From the NCBI GenBank assembly GCA_046734675.1, contig JBKPRU010000234.1:1-38095 (forward strand): 38,095 nucleotides of DNA. Direction: 5' to 3'. The DNA comes from Acidobacteriota bacterium. Lineage in GTDB: Bacteria > Acidobacteriota > Vicinamibacteria > Vicinamibacterales > 2-12-FULL-66-21. A program made the position numbers and the translations under genes. The notes under the pieces were generated by a model. The model did not search any database, was not told the DNA's origin, and saw only the letters and a list, made by a program, of their open reading frames with translations. This document shows positions 8,335 through 16,870 of the stretch, piece by piece (position 1 is the first letter of the stretch; each line of letters starts with the position of its first letter).

Positions 8335-8406
8335 ATGTTCCGCGGTCTGGTGATTCGCCTCGTCCTTACCAGCGTCGGCATTAACCTGCCGACGCGCACG
8401 GGGTGA
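8335..8406 (+). CDS. Branched-chain amino acid attenuator leader peptide MFRGLVIRLVLTSVGINLPTRTG (23 aa)
   Basis: 9 of 23 residues are Leu/Val/Ile (core LVIRLVL), plus 3 Thr. It uses AT-ending codons (ATT twice, CTT). Its stop codon lies in the antiterminator arm. Confidence 0.8.
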   Translation: MFRGLVIRLVLTSVGINLPTRTG

Positions 8407-8477
8407 TGTAGCCAGACGCAACACGATCAGGTTTTCAAGGGCCATCACCCTCACCGGTGATGGCCCTTTTGTTTTTT
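8345..8477 (+). promoter_or_regulatory. Ribosome-dependent transcription attenuator
   Basis: Mutually exclusive pairings: GTCTGG(8345-50)/CCAGAC(8412-17); antiterminator GGGTGATG(8401-08)/CATCACCC(8443-50); and the terminator at 8437-8477. There is also an internal hairpin GCGTCGGCA/TGCCGACGC (8372-8395). Confidence 0.8.
8437..8477 (+). terminator. Intrinsic terminator of the attenuator
   Basis: 13-bp stem AAGGGCCATCACC / loop CTCACC / GGTGATGGCCCTT, followed by TTGTTTTTT. Confidence 0.9.
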
Positions 8478-8492
8478 CAGGGAGGGACGACC

Positions 8493-8666
8493 ATGAACGT
8501 CAGCCGATTCGATGCGGACGCGGCCGCGGTACCCGCAGACGGTACGACACGGCCCCAATCAGACGGGGACGTCCGTCACGCGATGCGCGCGGCTCCGGAG
8601 TATGGAGACGACGACCAGCAGGCCGAAGAACCGGCGGAGGAGCCCGGCTACGGCCACGGCGTCTAG
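8493..8666 (+). CDS. 57-aa acidic, probably disordered small protein ending in GYGHGV (same C-terminus as LeuA)
   Basis: Strong SD GGAGG at 8481-8485 and GC3-rich codons. Sequence MNVSRFDADAAAVPADGTTRPQSDGDVRHAMRAAPEYGDDDQQAEEPAEEPGYGHGV. Confidence 0.75.
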   Translation: MNVSRFDADAAAVPADGTTRPQSDGDVRHAMRAAPEYGDDDQQAEEPAEEPGYGHGV

Positions 8667-8683
8667 TCGTCGGACGCAGGCGA

Positions 8684-8965
8684 TCACAATCGCGGCGCGA
8701 CGCGAACCTGCGCTTCGGCGGACGTGATCACCGTGTGGACCTCGAAGTCCACGAGGTCGGACCAGTTTGCCATCCACTGATCGAGCAGCGCGCGATCCTC
8801 TGTCTCCATCAACTGGAAGCAGCGCTCCAGTCGCTCGTCCACCCAGCTGTTCACGTACCGCACGCCCTCGGGGGCGAGACGCCCGCGATCGCGGAACCGG
8901 CGATACACGGACGCCGCGTCACCTCCCTTGAACCGCTCGACGATCATGTAAAGCGTCGTCGCCAC
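8684..8965 (-). CDS. DUF3303-like small protein
   Basis: LYMIVERFKGGDAASVYRRFRDRGRLAPEGVRYVNSWV...CFQLME...WMANWSDLVDFEVHTV. TAGAAT lies 6 nt before the GTG. Confidence 0.8.
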   Translation of the reverse strand: MATTLYMIVERFKGGDAASVYRRFRDRGRLAPEGVRYVNSWVDERLERCFQLMETEDRALLDQWMANWSDLVDFEVHTVITSAEAQVRVAPRL

Positions 8966-8988
8966 CCGCCGATTCTACGCAATGCTCA

Positions 8989-10428
8989 TCACAGCGATTT
9001 CATGTACTCGATGACGTCGCGTTTCTCCTGATCGGTCAGTCCGAGGTTGAACACTCGGTTGTAGTGGTTCATCACGTCCATGAGCGTGCGGAAGCGGCCG
9101 TCGTGAAAGAAGCCGGCCTGCTTCACCGGCGCGAGACCGGCCGCATGGCGCGATTCGTTGACGTGCGTCCACAGGCCGGCCAGTGGCGACGTGCGGTAGC
9201 GGTGATCCGGCGCACGGTCCGCCTGGAATGCGTCGACGCCGATTTCTTTCGGCGTGTGCAGGTTCCACCCCGGCTCGGTGAAGAGCGGCTCGACGTGGCA
9301 CATCGCGCACTTTGCCTTCCCGCTGAAGAGCTCGTCCCCGCGCTCGGCCGCCGCCCGATCGAAGCTGCCCGCCGGCGGCTTGGGGGCGGCGATCGCCAGC
9401 TGATAGACGTGCAGCGGCGCCAGCTTGGCCGTGATTCTGTCCGGCTCCACGCGGACGTGCCCGAACCCGTTCGCGGCCGCTATTGGAAACTGCTCGCTGT
9501 CGTCGAGACGCGGATCGAAGAAGGTTCCTGTCCCGTGCATTTCGAGGTTGGCTACCAACGCATTCCAGTGCGTCACGGATCCCCACCCGGTCCATGTGTG
9601 CAGGTTGACGCCGGCGAGCCCAAACGCCGGTGGAATCAGCGTGGCGGCGGATTTACCGTCGGGTCGGAATGCCTTGCCGTCAAGCGCCAGCTCTGCGTCG
9701 AACTTGCCGGGTCCCCAGCTTTTCAGCACCGTTCGCACCGTGCCGCTGCTCACACCGAGGAGATCCTGGAACGGTTGCATCGACGGGGCGAGCGCGACGA
9801 TCGCGCCGACGTTCAGATCGCGGTTGGCCCATCCGTCCAGTCGGCGGCCAATGCCTGGCGCGAACGAATCGTCGACCGTCGAATGGCACAGCGCGCACTG
9901 GATACCGACGGACCGCAGCGTCCCATTGGATCGGAAGAAACCCGTGACACCGAGGACGGCGTTCAGCTTGAGGAGGGCGAGCGTGTTTGCCGGATCGTCC
10001 AGATTGACTTTGCCTTGCTGGAGCGCGGTCACGAGTTCCGGGGGAAGGGCGCGGCTGTCGACTTTCAGGCCAAGCGACAGCGCCGCCCGCGGGGACAGTC
10101 CCGGACCCTGGCCTCCGAACTTCGATCCCTCGATCGCCTGGTGCAGCTTGAGGGCCCCGCCCCAGAACGCTTCGTCGCCGAACGTATCGAATCGGAAGAT
10201 CTGGCGTCCCGTGCGGATGGTCGCCGCAGCGTGATTGATTATGGCGTTGGTCGTGCCCGCGTCGGCGAGCGAGGTGGCGGCGATACTCAACTCGCTTTGG
10301 GCACTCTGTGTTTCCTGTGCGACTGCAGTCTCTTGCGCGGCGACGCCGCGCGAATCACCAATCGCAGTGGCCAGTGTGGCCGCAAACAACCCTGACAGGC
10401 TCAGCGCAACGGCGTTCCTCCATTGCAT
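8989..10428 (-). CDS. Exported di-heme c-type cytochrome (distant CcpA/MauG/RoxA-like), function unknown
   Basis: N-terminal signal peptide, two CxxCH motifs (CALCH, CAMCH), C-terminal FFHDGRFRTLMDVMNHYN...LGLTDQEKRDVIEYMKSL, and SD GGAGA. Confidence 0.8.
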   Translation of the reverse strand: MQWRNAVALSLSGLFAATLATAIGDSRGVAAQETAVAQETQSAQSELSIAATSLADAGTTNAIINHAAATIRTGRQIFRFDTFGDEAFWGGALKLHQAIEGSKFGGQGPGLSPRAALSLGLKVDSRALPPELVTALQQGKVNLDDPANTLALLKLNAVLGVTGFFRSNGTLRSVGIQCALCHSTVDDSFAPGIGRRLDGWANRDLNVGAIVALAPSMQPFQDLLGVSSGTVRTVLKSWGPGKFDAELALDGKAFRPDGKSAATLIPPAFGLAGVNLHTWTGWGSVTHWNALVANLEMHGTGTFFDPRLDDSEQFPIAAANGFGHVRVEPDRITAKLAPLHVYQLAIAAPKPPAGSFDRAAAERGDELFSGKAKCAMCHVEPLFTEPGWNLHTPKEIGVDAFQADRAPDHRYRTSPLAGLWTHVNESRHAAGLAPVKQAGFFHDGRFRTLMDVMNHYNRVFNLGLTDQEKRDVIEYMKSL

Positions 10429-10487
10429 AGGTCTTTCTCCTTCGCCATCCGCTTTCGATCACCGGAACATCGAGGCGGCGCGCATGG

Positions 10488-10503
10488 AGCAAAAGGCACA
10501 CCA
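10488..10503 (-). promoter_or_regulatory. Putative sigma54 -24/-12 promoter TGGTGTGCCTTTTGCT for the di-heme cytochrome gene
   Basis: GG-N10-GC spacing with TTGCT, about 60 nt upstream of the ATG and in the correct orientation. Confidence 0.5.
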
Positions 10504-10615
10504 CGGGCATGCTGCGATTCTTCTAGCCATGTCGTGTTGAGCTGAGCGCGCGAAGAAAATCAGCTATCGGGGATCGGTAACGCGGGGACCTACGATGCGT
10601 AGGCTGGTGGCTAGA

Positions 10616-11164
10616 TTAGACTTTCGTCAACTGGCCACGACGCAGGCGGCGATAGAGTTCCAGCGCGTCGCGGATGATCTGCAGTGCTTCGGCCGGACCC
10701 TGAAGATCCTCGACGACCACCTGCTTGTGCTCGAGCGTCTTGTAATCCTCGAAGAAGCGCCGCACCTCGCGCAGGACGTGCCCGGGCAGCTGGCTCTGGT
10801 CCGTGTAGTCGGCAAACGCGGGATCGTGCACGCTGACCGCGACGATCTTGTCGTCGACGCCCTTCTCGTCGCGCATCCGCATCACCCCAATCGCGCGGGC
10901 CTCGACGATGGTCAGCGGATACACGGGTTCCTGACCCAGAACGAGCGCATCGAGCGGATCGCCGTCGTCACAGAACGTGCGCGGGATGAACCCGTAATCC
11001 GACGGGTAGTAGACGGCGCTGTACAGCACGCGATCCAGGCGGAGCAACCCGGTTTCCTTGTCCAGTTCGTATTTGTTCTTGCTGCCCTTCGGGATCTCGA
11101 TGACGACGGGAAACGCGCTTGCGAGCAGCGCGTCGTCGATGTAGCTGTCGTGCCAGGGATGCAT
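10616..11164 (-). CDS. ppa: Inorganic pyrophosphatase (family I)
   Basis: VIEIPKGSKNKYELDK...LDRVLYSAVYYPSDYGFIPRTFCDDGDPLDALV...DDKIVAV...FFEDYK. Confidence 0.96.
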   Translation of the reverse strand: MHPWHDSYIDDALLASAFPVVIEIPKGSKNKYELDKETGLLRLDRVLYSAVYYPSDYGFIPRTFCDDGDPLDALVLGQEPVYPLTIVEARAIGVMRMRDEKGVDDKIVAVSVHDPAFADYTDQSQLPGHVLREVRRFFEDYKTLEHKQVVVEDLQGPAEALQIIRDALELYRRLRRGQLTKV

Positions 11165-11204
11165 GCGCTTCGAAAAAGCGTATCACGAGCGCGGCAGCAA
11201 CCGG

Positions 11205-13904
11205 TCATTCGCTCCTGACGGCCAGCATTGGATCGATGCGCGTGGCACGCCGCGCCGGCAGATACGTCGCGAGCACGGCGACCGTGAACAGGAGCAGCGC
11301 CGCTCCGGCGATCACGATCGGATCAGCGGGTGTCACCCCATACAATTGCGCGGCAAGGCCGCGCGCCAGCCAGACGGACAGGCCCGTCCCGATCGCAATG
11401 CCCGCGATCGCCAGACGGGCGCCGCCGGCGACGAGCAACGCCACGATTCGCGACGGCTCGGCGCCGAGCGCGAGGCGAATTCCGATCTCGCGCGTGCGCT
11501 GTGCGACGGTGTACGACACGACGCCGTAAATGCCCACGGCGCCGAGCGCGAGCGCGAGTAATGCCAGCGTCGAAATCAATCGCGCGCGCAGCCGATCGAG
11601 ATACAGCGAGCGATCGACGTGCTCGGCCATCGTGCGCACGTTGTAAATCGGCATGGCGGGATCGGCGCGGCGGACCGCCTCACGCATCGCCGCGATCGTC
11701 ACGTCGACGGGCAGGCTGCTTCGCACGACGAGATTGACGCTCGATTCGTGAAACTGCGACAGCGGGAGATACATCGTCATGCGTGGCGCTTCCCGCAGGC
11801 TGCGATACTTCGTATCCCGGGCCACACCGACGACGGTGTAGCTCTCGTCGCCGCCGATCTTGAACATCTCACCCACCGGATCGCGAGACGGCCAGAACCG
11901 AGACGCCATGCGCTCGTTGATGACGATGACGCGCGGTGCTGTGTCTGAATCAGCGGCGCTGAAGTCGCGCCCGTGCAGCAACGGCAGCGCCGTGGCCCGA
12001 AAGAACCCGGGGGAGACCGGGACCATGTCGAACTCGATCGGCGCATCGACCGGCGGAGTCGTACTGCCGGCCCTCAAGTTGGTGCGCATGCCGCCGGCCG
12101 TGACGGGCAGCACGAACGCGAGCGCCGCCGACTCGACGCCCGGCTGCGCAGACATCGTGCCGAGGACCGCGCTGTAAAACTGCCGCGCGCGCGCTTCGTC
12201 GTAGCCGCGCAAGGTCGTATTCAGCGTCGCCGCGATGGTGCGATCGGTCGCCATGGACGGATCGACGGCGCGGATTTTCGACAGGCTGCGCAGGAACAAC
12301 CCGGCGCCGACGACGAGGATCAGCGAGACGGCAATCTGCACGATGGTCAACGCGCCGCGCAGGCGGGCGCGGGTCACGACCACGCGTCCCATGTCTCCGC
12401 CCGCCTTCAATGCCTCGGTGGCGGTGACGCGGCGCAGTCCCAGCGCAGGCGCGACGCCAATCGCCAGGGCGGTGACGAGGCTGACGAGCGCCGTGAAGGC
12501 GACGACCGCCCAGTCCGGGCGAATCGACAGACTCAGCGCCGTGCTGCCGAACGCGCTTCGCACTTCGAACGCGCGCGCGACCCACGTGCCCGCCAGCACT
12601 GCGCCGAGTGCGCCGGCCGTGGCGAGGACCAGGGCCTCGACGATCAGCTGTTGGGCGAGGCGCACGCGCGATGCCCCGAGCGATTGCCGCACCGCCATCT
12701 CGGCCTGCCGGGCGTACGAACGCGCGAGCAGCAGATTCGCAAGATTGGCCGCCATGATCACGAGGATCAGTGCGACGACCCCCATCAGCAGCTGCAGCGG
12801 ACGGTCGAGCCCTTCGACCAGAGACGTGTCGCCGCCCGACGCCGGCGTCGCGCGCATGCGCCACTCCGCGTTGTTCTCGGCAGCGGCCCCGCGCAGGGCT
12901 GACGTGAGCGCCGCCTCGAGCTGGGATGGCGACGCGCCGTCGCGGAGCCGGCCGACGAGCGACATCCAGCTGGTGTTCCGCCGGTCGAGCATGTCGGGCC
13001 GATGGCGCAGCGGGAAAAATTGGTTGAGAGGAACCCACAAATCCGCGCGCTCGCCGCGGACGAAGCCGGTGAATCCCGGCGGTGCGACGCCGACGATCGT
13101 GCACGCCTGTCCGTCCACCGAAAGCGTTCGGCCGACGACGTCCTCGGAACTTGCGAAGGCCGAGCGCCATATGCGATCGCTGATGACCGCAACAAGCGCG
13201 GCGCCCCGCCGCTCGTCCGCGCCGGTAAACCCCGGCCCCGCCTGCATGCGCACGCCCAGCACATCGAAGTAGTTCGACGTCGTGAACTCCGCGACGACGC
13301 GCTCGCGTTGATCCGCGGTGGCGATGCCGACCGCATCCGAGAGGTAGCCGGCAATGCCCGCGAGACCGGAGGCGGCGTCGCGTGCATCCACGTACAGCGG
13401 ATATGAGAAGTCTGTGTGGGCGCCGCTCTGCGGTGTCCAGCTGGCAATCGCAACCAGGCGATCCGGATCAGGGAGCGGCAGCGACGCCAGCAGCGCCGCC
13501 CGCATCATCGAGAACACCGCGACGTTGACGCCGATGCCAAGCGTCAGCGTGAGAATCATCACCGCGGCAAACCCGGGTTGACGCCGGAGCATGCGCACCG
13601 CATACCGCACGTCGCGCTGCAGATTCACGAGCATCGCGCCTCCCCTGCTGGATCGAGTGACGGATTGACCCGGCTGCCACGGCGCCGCGCCGGACGGCAG
13701 ACGCCCGACCGCGGTGGGATCGGCTATCAGCGCCGCATGGTCGGAGAGTGCCGACAACGCGGCCGCGACGGCGTCACGATGCGCGGCCCCCGCGCGCAGC
13801 GCGTCGTCGTACAAGTCGCCGAGATGGTCGGCAATTTCGTGGGCCGTCTCGCGCGTCAGCTGCGGCAGCCGCTTCCGTACGAGTTCGTGAAAGTTCGGGC
13901 GCAC
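11205..13904 (-). CDS. ADOP-type duplicated ABC permease (2x MacB_PCD/FtsX), no ATPase gene nearby
   Basis: DVRYAVRMLRRQPGFAAVMILTLTLGIGVN; ANLANLLLARSYARQAEMAVRQSLGASR; GIYGVVSYTVAQRTREIGIRLALGA; PARRATRIDPMLAVRSE. Confidence 0.93.
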   Translation of the reverse strand: MRPNFHELVRKRLPQLTRETAHEIADHLGDLYDDALRAGAAHRDAVAAALSALSDHAALIADPTAVGRLPSGAAPWQPGQSVTRSSRGGAMLVNLQRDVRYAVRMLRRQPGFAAVMILTLTLGIGVNVAVFSMMRAALLASLPLPDPDRLVAIASWTPQSGAHTDFSYPLYVDARDAASGLAGIAGYLSDAVGIATADQRERVVAEFTTSNYFDVLGVRMQAGPGFTGADERRGAALVAVISDRIWRSAFASSEDVVGRTLSVDGQACTIVGVAPPGFTGFVRGERADLWVPLNQFFPLRHRPDMLDRRNTSWMSLVGRLRDGASPSQLEAALTSALRGAAAENNAEWRMRATPASGGDTSLVEGLDRPLQLLMGVVALILVIMAANLANLLLARSYARQAEMAVRQSLGASRVRLAQQLIVEALVLATAGALGAVLAGTWVARAFEVRSAFGSTALSLSIRPDWAVVAFTALVSLVTALAIGVAPALGLRRVTATEALKAGGDMGRVVVTRARLRGALTIVQIAVSLILVVGAGLFLRSLSKIRAVDPSMATDRTIAATLNTTLRGYDEARARQFYSAVLGTMSAQPGVESAALAFVLPVTAGGMRTNLRAGSTTPPVDAPIEFDMVPVSPGFFRATALPLLHGRDFSAADSDTAPRVIVINERMASRFWPSRDPVGEMFKIGGDESYTVVGVARDTKYRSLREAPRMTMYLPLSQFHESSVNLVVRSSLPVDVTIAAMREAVRRADPAMPIYNVRTMAEHVDRSLYLDRLRARLISTLALLALALGAVGIYGVVSYTVAQRTREIGIRLALGAEPSRIVALLVAGGARLAIAGIAIGTGLSVWLARGLAAQLYGVTPADPIVIAGAALLLFTVAVLATYLPARRATRIDPMLAVRSE

Positions 13905-13911
13905 ATCGGCC

Positions 13912-14247
13912 TCACGCGGATTCGAGACCGGCGGCGCGGGTCAGGGCCGCAATCAAGTCGCGCCACTCTGCGCGCTGTGCCGCCAGCGTGCGCCGCCCCT
14001 CCGGAGTGAGCCGGTAGTACCGGCGACGCCGGTGTCCGGCTCTTTCAACCCAGCGACCCGTAATCCAGCCGCGGCGCTCGAGGCGATACAGCATCGGATA
14101 GAGCGACGCGACGTGAAAGCGGAGGACGCCCGCCGATCGACTGTCGATCTCCCGGGCGATGTCGTAACCGTGCCGGGGCGCGTCTTCGATGGCCGCGAGG
14201 ACCATCAACTCCGCTCCGCCCTTTTTGAGATCGTCCTTCGGCGCCAT
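13912..14247 (-). CDS. PadR family transcriptional regulator (acidobacterial type)
   Basis: LKKGGAELMVLAAIEDAPRHGYDIAREI...SLYPMLYRLERRGWITGRW...RRRRYYRLTPEGR. Confidence 0.92.
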   Translation of the reverse strand: MAPKDDLKKGGAELMVLAAIEDAPRHGYDIAREIDSRSAGVLRFHVASLYPMLYRLERRGWITGRWVERAGHRRRRYYRLTPEGRRTLAAQRAEWRDLIAALTRAAGLESA

Positions 14248-14289
14248 ATGTGGTCGGGCACTATATGCTGAGGGTAGGCAGCCGCGCAA
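14245..14289 (-). promoter_or_regulatory. PadR promoter (TTGCGC-N18-TATAGT) with imperfect palindrome CATAT-N13-ATATG (14245-14267)
   Basis: The inverted repeat covers the -10 box and start codon. Autoregulation is inferred. Confidence 0.5.
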
Positions 14290-14327
14290 GTAGGTACGCC
14301 GGAACCAGGCGCGCGGCGTCGAGCAGC

Positions 14328-15620
14328 TTACGTTCGAGGCGGGCGAATGACGTCGACGCCGTTCATGTACGGACGCAGCGTCTCGGGGATCACCACACTG
14401 CCATCGCGCTCCTGGTAGTTCTCGAGAACGGCGATGAGCGTACGGCCGACCGCAAGGCCGGACCCGTTCAGCGTGTGGACGAAATCCGCCTTGCCCGTGC
14501 CTTGCGGCCGGTAGCGGATGTTGGCGCGCCGCGCCTGGAACGCCTCCGTGTTGCTGCAGGAGGAGATCTCGCGATACGTGTTCTGGCTGGGCAGCCACAC
14601 TTCGATGTCGTAGGTCTTCGCGGACGCGAAGCCCATGTCGCCCGTGCAGAGCAGCACCGTTCGATACGGAAGACCGAGCCGCTTCAGGATTGTTTCGGCG
14701 TTCGCGGTGAGCGATTCCAGCTCGTCGTACGACTGGTCGGGTGTCGTGAACTTCACCAGTTCCACTTTGTCGAACTGGTGCTGGCGGATCAGTCCTCGCA
14801 CGTCCGCCCCGTACGATCCCGCTTCGCTTCTGAAACAGGGCGTGTACGCGGTATAGCGAAGCGGCAGCTGCCGCCCGTCGAGGATCTCGCCGCGGTGGAG
14901 GTTCGTCAGCGGCACTTCCGCGGTCGGAATCAGATACAGATCCCAGTCGCCGCCGATCTTGAAGAGATCCTGCTCGAATTTCGGGAGATTGCCGGTACCG
15001 CGCAGCGCGTCCGCGTTGACGAGAAACGGCGGTTCGATTTCGGTGTAGCCGTGCTCGCGCGTGTGCAGGTCGAGCATGAAGTTGATGAGCGCGCGGGCGA
15101 GCCGTGCGCCTTCGCGCATCAGCACCGAGAAGCGCGCCCCCGACATCTTCGTCGCGCGCTCGAAGTCCAGAATGCCGAGCGCCGGGCCGAGATCCCAGTG
15201 CGGCTTCGGCTCGAAATCGAACCGCCGCGGCTCGCCGTGCCGCCGCACTTCGAGGTTGTCCGCTGCGTCCTTCCCGACCGGAACGGACGCATGCGGCACG
15301 TTCGGAATCGTCATCAGCAGCGCCGCGCGGCTCGTCTCGATCTCATCGAGCTTGATTTCGAGCTGCTTGATCTGCTGCCCGCGCGCCTTGTTCTCTTCGA
15401 ACAGGTGCGAGGCGGCGCGCCCTTCCTTCTTCGCGCGCGCGACCTCCGCGCTTGCGGTGTTCTGATCGCGCTTCAGTCCCTCGACCTGCTGTATCAGTTG
15501 GCGCCGCCGCGCATCGAGGTCGCCGAGCGGCGCGACGATCGGCGACGGATCGCTCCCGCGATGCCGGAGCGCCGCCTCCAGCGCGTCGAGGTGATCGCGA
15601 ACGAACGCGGAATCGAGCAT
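14328..15620 (-). CDS. serS: Serine--tRNA ligase
   Basis: N-terminal coiled coil, [50 protein letters not shown]. Confidence 0.98.
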   Translation of the reverse strand: MLDSAFVRDHLDALEAALRHRGSDPSPIVAPLGDLDARRRQLIQQVEGLKRDQNTASAEVARAKKEGRAASHLFEENKARGQQIKQLEIKLDEIETSRAALLMTIPNVPHASVPVGKDAADNLEVRRHGEPRRFDFEPKPHWDLGPALGILDFERATKMSGARFSVLMREGARLARALINFMLDLHTREHGYTEIEPPFLVNADALRGTGNLPKFEQDLFKIGGDWDLYLIPTAEVPLTNLHRGEILDGRQLPLRYTAYTPCFRSEAGSYGADVRGLIRQHQFDKVELVKFTTPDQSYDELESLTANAETILKRLGLPYRTVLLCTGDMGFASAKTYDIEVWLPSQNTYREISSCSNTEAFQARRANIRYRPQGTGKADFVHTLNGSGLAVGRTLIAVLENYQERDGSVVIPETLRPYMNGVDVIRPPRT

Positions 15621-15669
15621 GGGTTAAATCCTATATCGGGAGCCGTGCGCTCTGAGATACCATCCGGCC

Positions 15670-16563
15670 ATGGCGCAGACGGTCCGTAAAGCGGTATTTC
15701 CAGCGGCAGGTCTCGGCACAAGGTTTCTTCCTGCGACGAAGGCGCAGCCCAAGGAGATGCTGCCGCTCGTCGACAAGCCGATCATTCAGTACGGCGTCGA
15801 AGAAGCGCTCGCGGCCGGCGTCGATAACATCATTCTCGTGACTGGCCGCGGCAAGAACGCGATCGAAGATCACTTCGACGTGTCGGTGGAGCTCGAGACG
15901 TTCCTCGAAGCGCGCGGCAAAACCGAGCTGCTCAACGAAATCCGCAAGATCTCGAACCTGATCAACGTCTCGTACGTGCGCCAGGGCGAGCCGCTTGGTC
16001 TCGGCCACGCCGTCCTCGTCACCCGCACGCTCGTCGGCCCCGAACCCTTCGCGGTCATCCTGGGCGACGATGTGATCGATGCGAACCCGCCGGCGCTGCG
16101 CCAGATGATTGACGTGTTCGAAGAGCTCGACGGGCCGGTCCTCGCCATCGAGGAGGTGCCGAGAGAAGACGTGAGCGCCTACGGCATCATCGACGCGGAG
16201 GAAGTCCGCCCCGGCGTCTACCGGATTCGCGATCTCGTCGAGAAGCCGCCCCGCGACGAAGCCCCCTCGAATCTCGCGATCATCGGACGCTACGTGCTGA
16301 CGCCCGACATCTTTGCCGCGCTGGAAGAAACCGCGAAGGATCGAACCGGGGAGATTCAGCTCACGAACGGCCTGCGGCGGCTCTTGAAGGACCGTCCGAT
16401 CTACGGGTGCCGCATCGACGGCGTCCGCCACGACACCGGCAACAAGCTCGGATTCCTGCGGGCCGTCGTCTACTTCGCGCTGCGGCGGCCCGACCTGGCG
16501 GAGCCCTTCCGCGAGTACCTGCGCGGCATCGATCTCGGACAGACCATCGCCGGGCGGCGCTAG
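15670..16563 (+). CDS. galU: UTP--glucose-1-phosphate uridylyltransferase
   Basis: KAVFPAAGLGTRFLPATKAQPKEMLPLVDKP, RQGEPLGLGHAV, LVEKP, GEIQLT. Confidence 0.96.
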   Translation: MAQTVRKAVFPAAGLGTRFLPATKAQPKEMLPLVDKPIIQYGVEEALAAGVDNIILVTGRGKNAIEDHFDVSVELETFLEARGKTELLNEIRKISNLINVSYVRQGEPLGLGHAVLVTRTLVGPEPFAVILGDDVIDANPPALRQMIDVFEELDGPVLAIEEVPREDVSAYGIIDAEEVRPGVYRIRDLVEKPPRDEAPSNLAIIGRYVLTPDIFAALEETAKDRTGEIQLTNGLRRLLKDRPIYGCRIDGVRHDTGNKLGFLRAVVYFALRRPDLAEPFREYLRGIDLGQTIAGRR

Positions 16564-16868
16564 TCCTTCTTCGCGGAGGAGTCTGCGGTCTTGCTACTCG
16601 ACGTCGACGTGTCGCTCGCGGTCGACGACGTCGATGAAGACGACGTGGTGCTCGAGTCCGACGACTTCCCGCCGTCGCCCGAAGACTTGCGCGCGTAGTC
16701 GGTGACGTACCAACCCGATCCCTTGAACTGGATCGCGGGCGACGACAGCAGCTTCCTGACCGGTCCCTTCCCGCAGTGCGGGCACTCCTCGATGGGCGGA
16801 TCCGAGTACTTCTGGATCTTCTCGAAGCGGCGCTGGCACGACTCACACTGGTATTCGTACAGAGGCAT
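16560..16868 (-). CDS. FmdB family zinc-ribbon protein with Ser/Thr-rich tail
   Basis: MPLYEYQCESC...CPHCG...FKGSGWYVTDY. Confidence 0.92.
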   Translation of the reverse strand: MPLYEYQCESCQRRFEKIQKYSDPPIEECPHCGKGPVRKLLSSPAIQFKGSGWYVTDYARKSSGDGGKSSDSSTTSSSSTSSTASDTSTSSSKTADSSAKKD

Positions 16869-16870
16869 AA

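Noticed and set aside
8058-8399. N-terminal extension of the DinB ORF to 8399, and ORF 8083..8406
   Set aside because: Both run through the tRNA-Ser gene. Only the last 23 codons of the second ORF, the leader peptide, are credible.
8335-8477. T-box riboswitch
   Set aside because: No T-box consensus (AGGGTGGNACCGCG-like) or stem I is visible. A translated leader with the stop codon in the antiterminator fits ribosome-mediated attenuation.
8493-8666. The GYGHGV protein as a RiPP precursor
   Set aside because: No modifying enzymes, peptidase or transporter are adjacent. The attenuator and the LeuA match explain it better.
14328-15620. Functional clustering of serS with tRNA-Ser
   Set aside because: They are 6 kb apart with unrelated genes between them and no shared regulatory feature seen.
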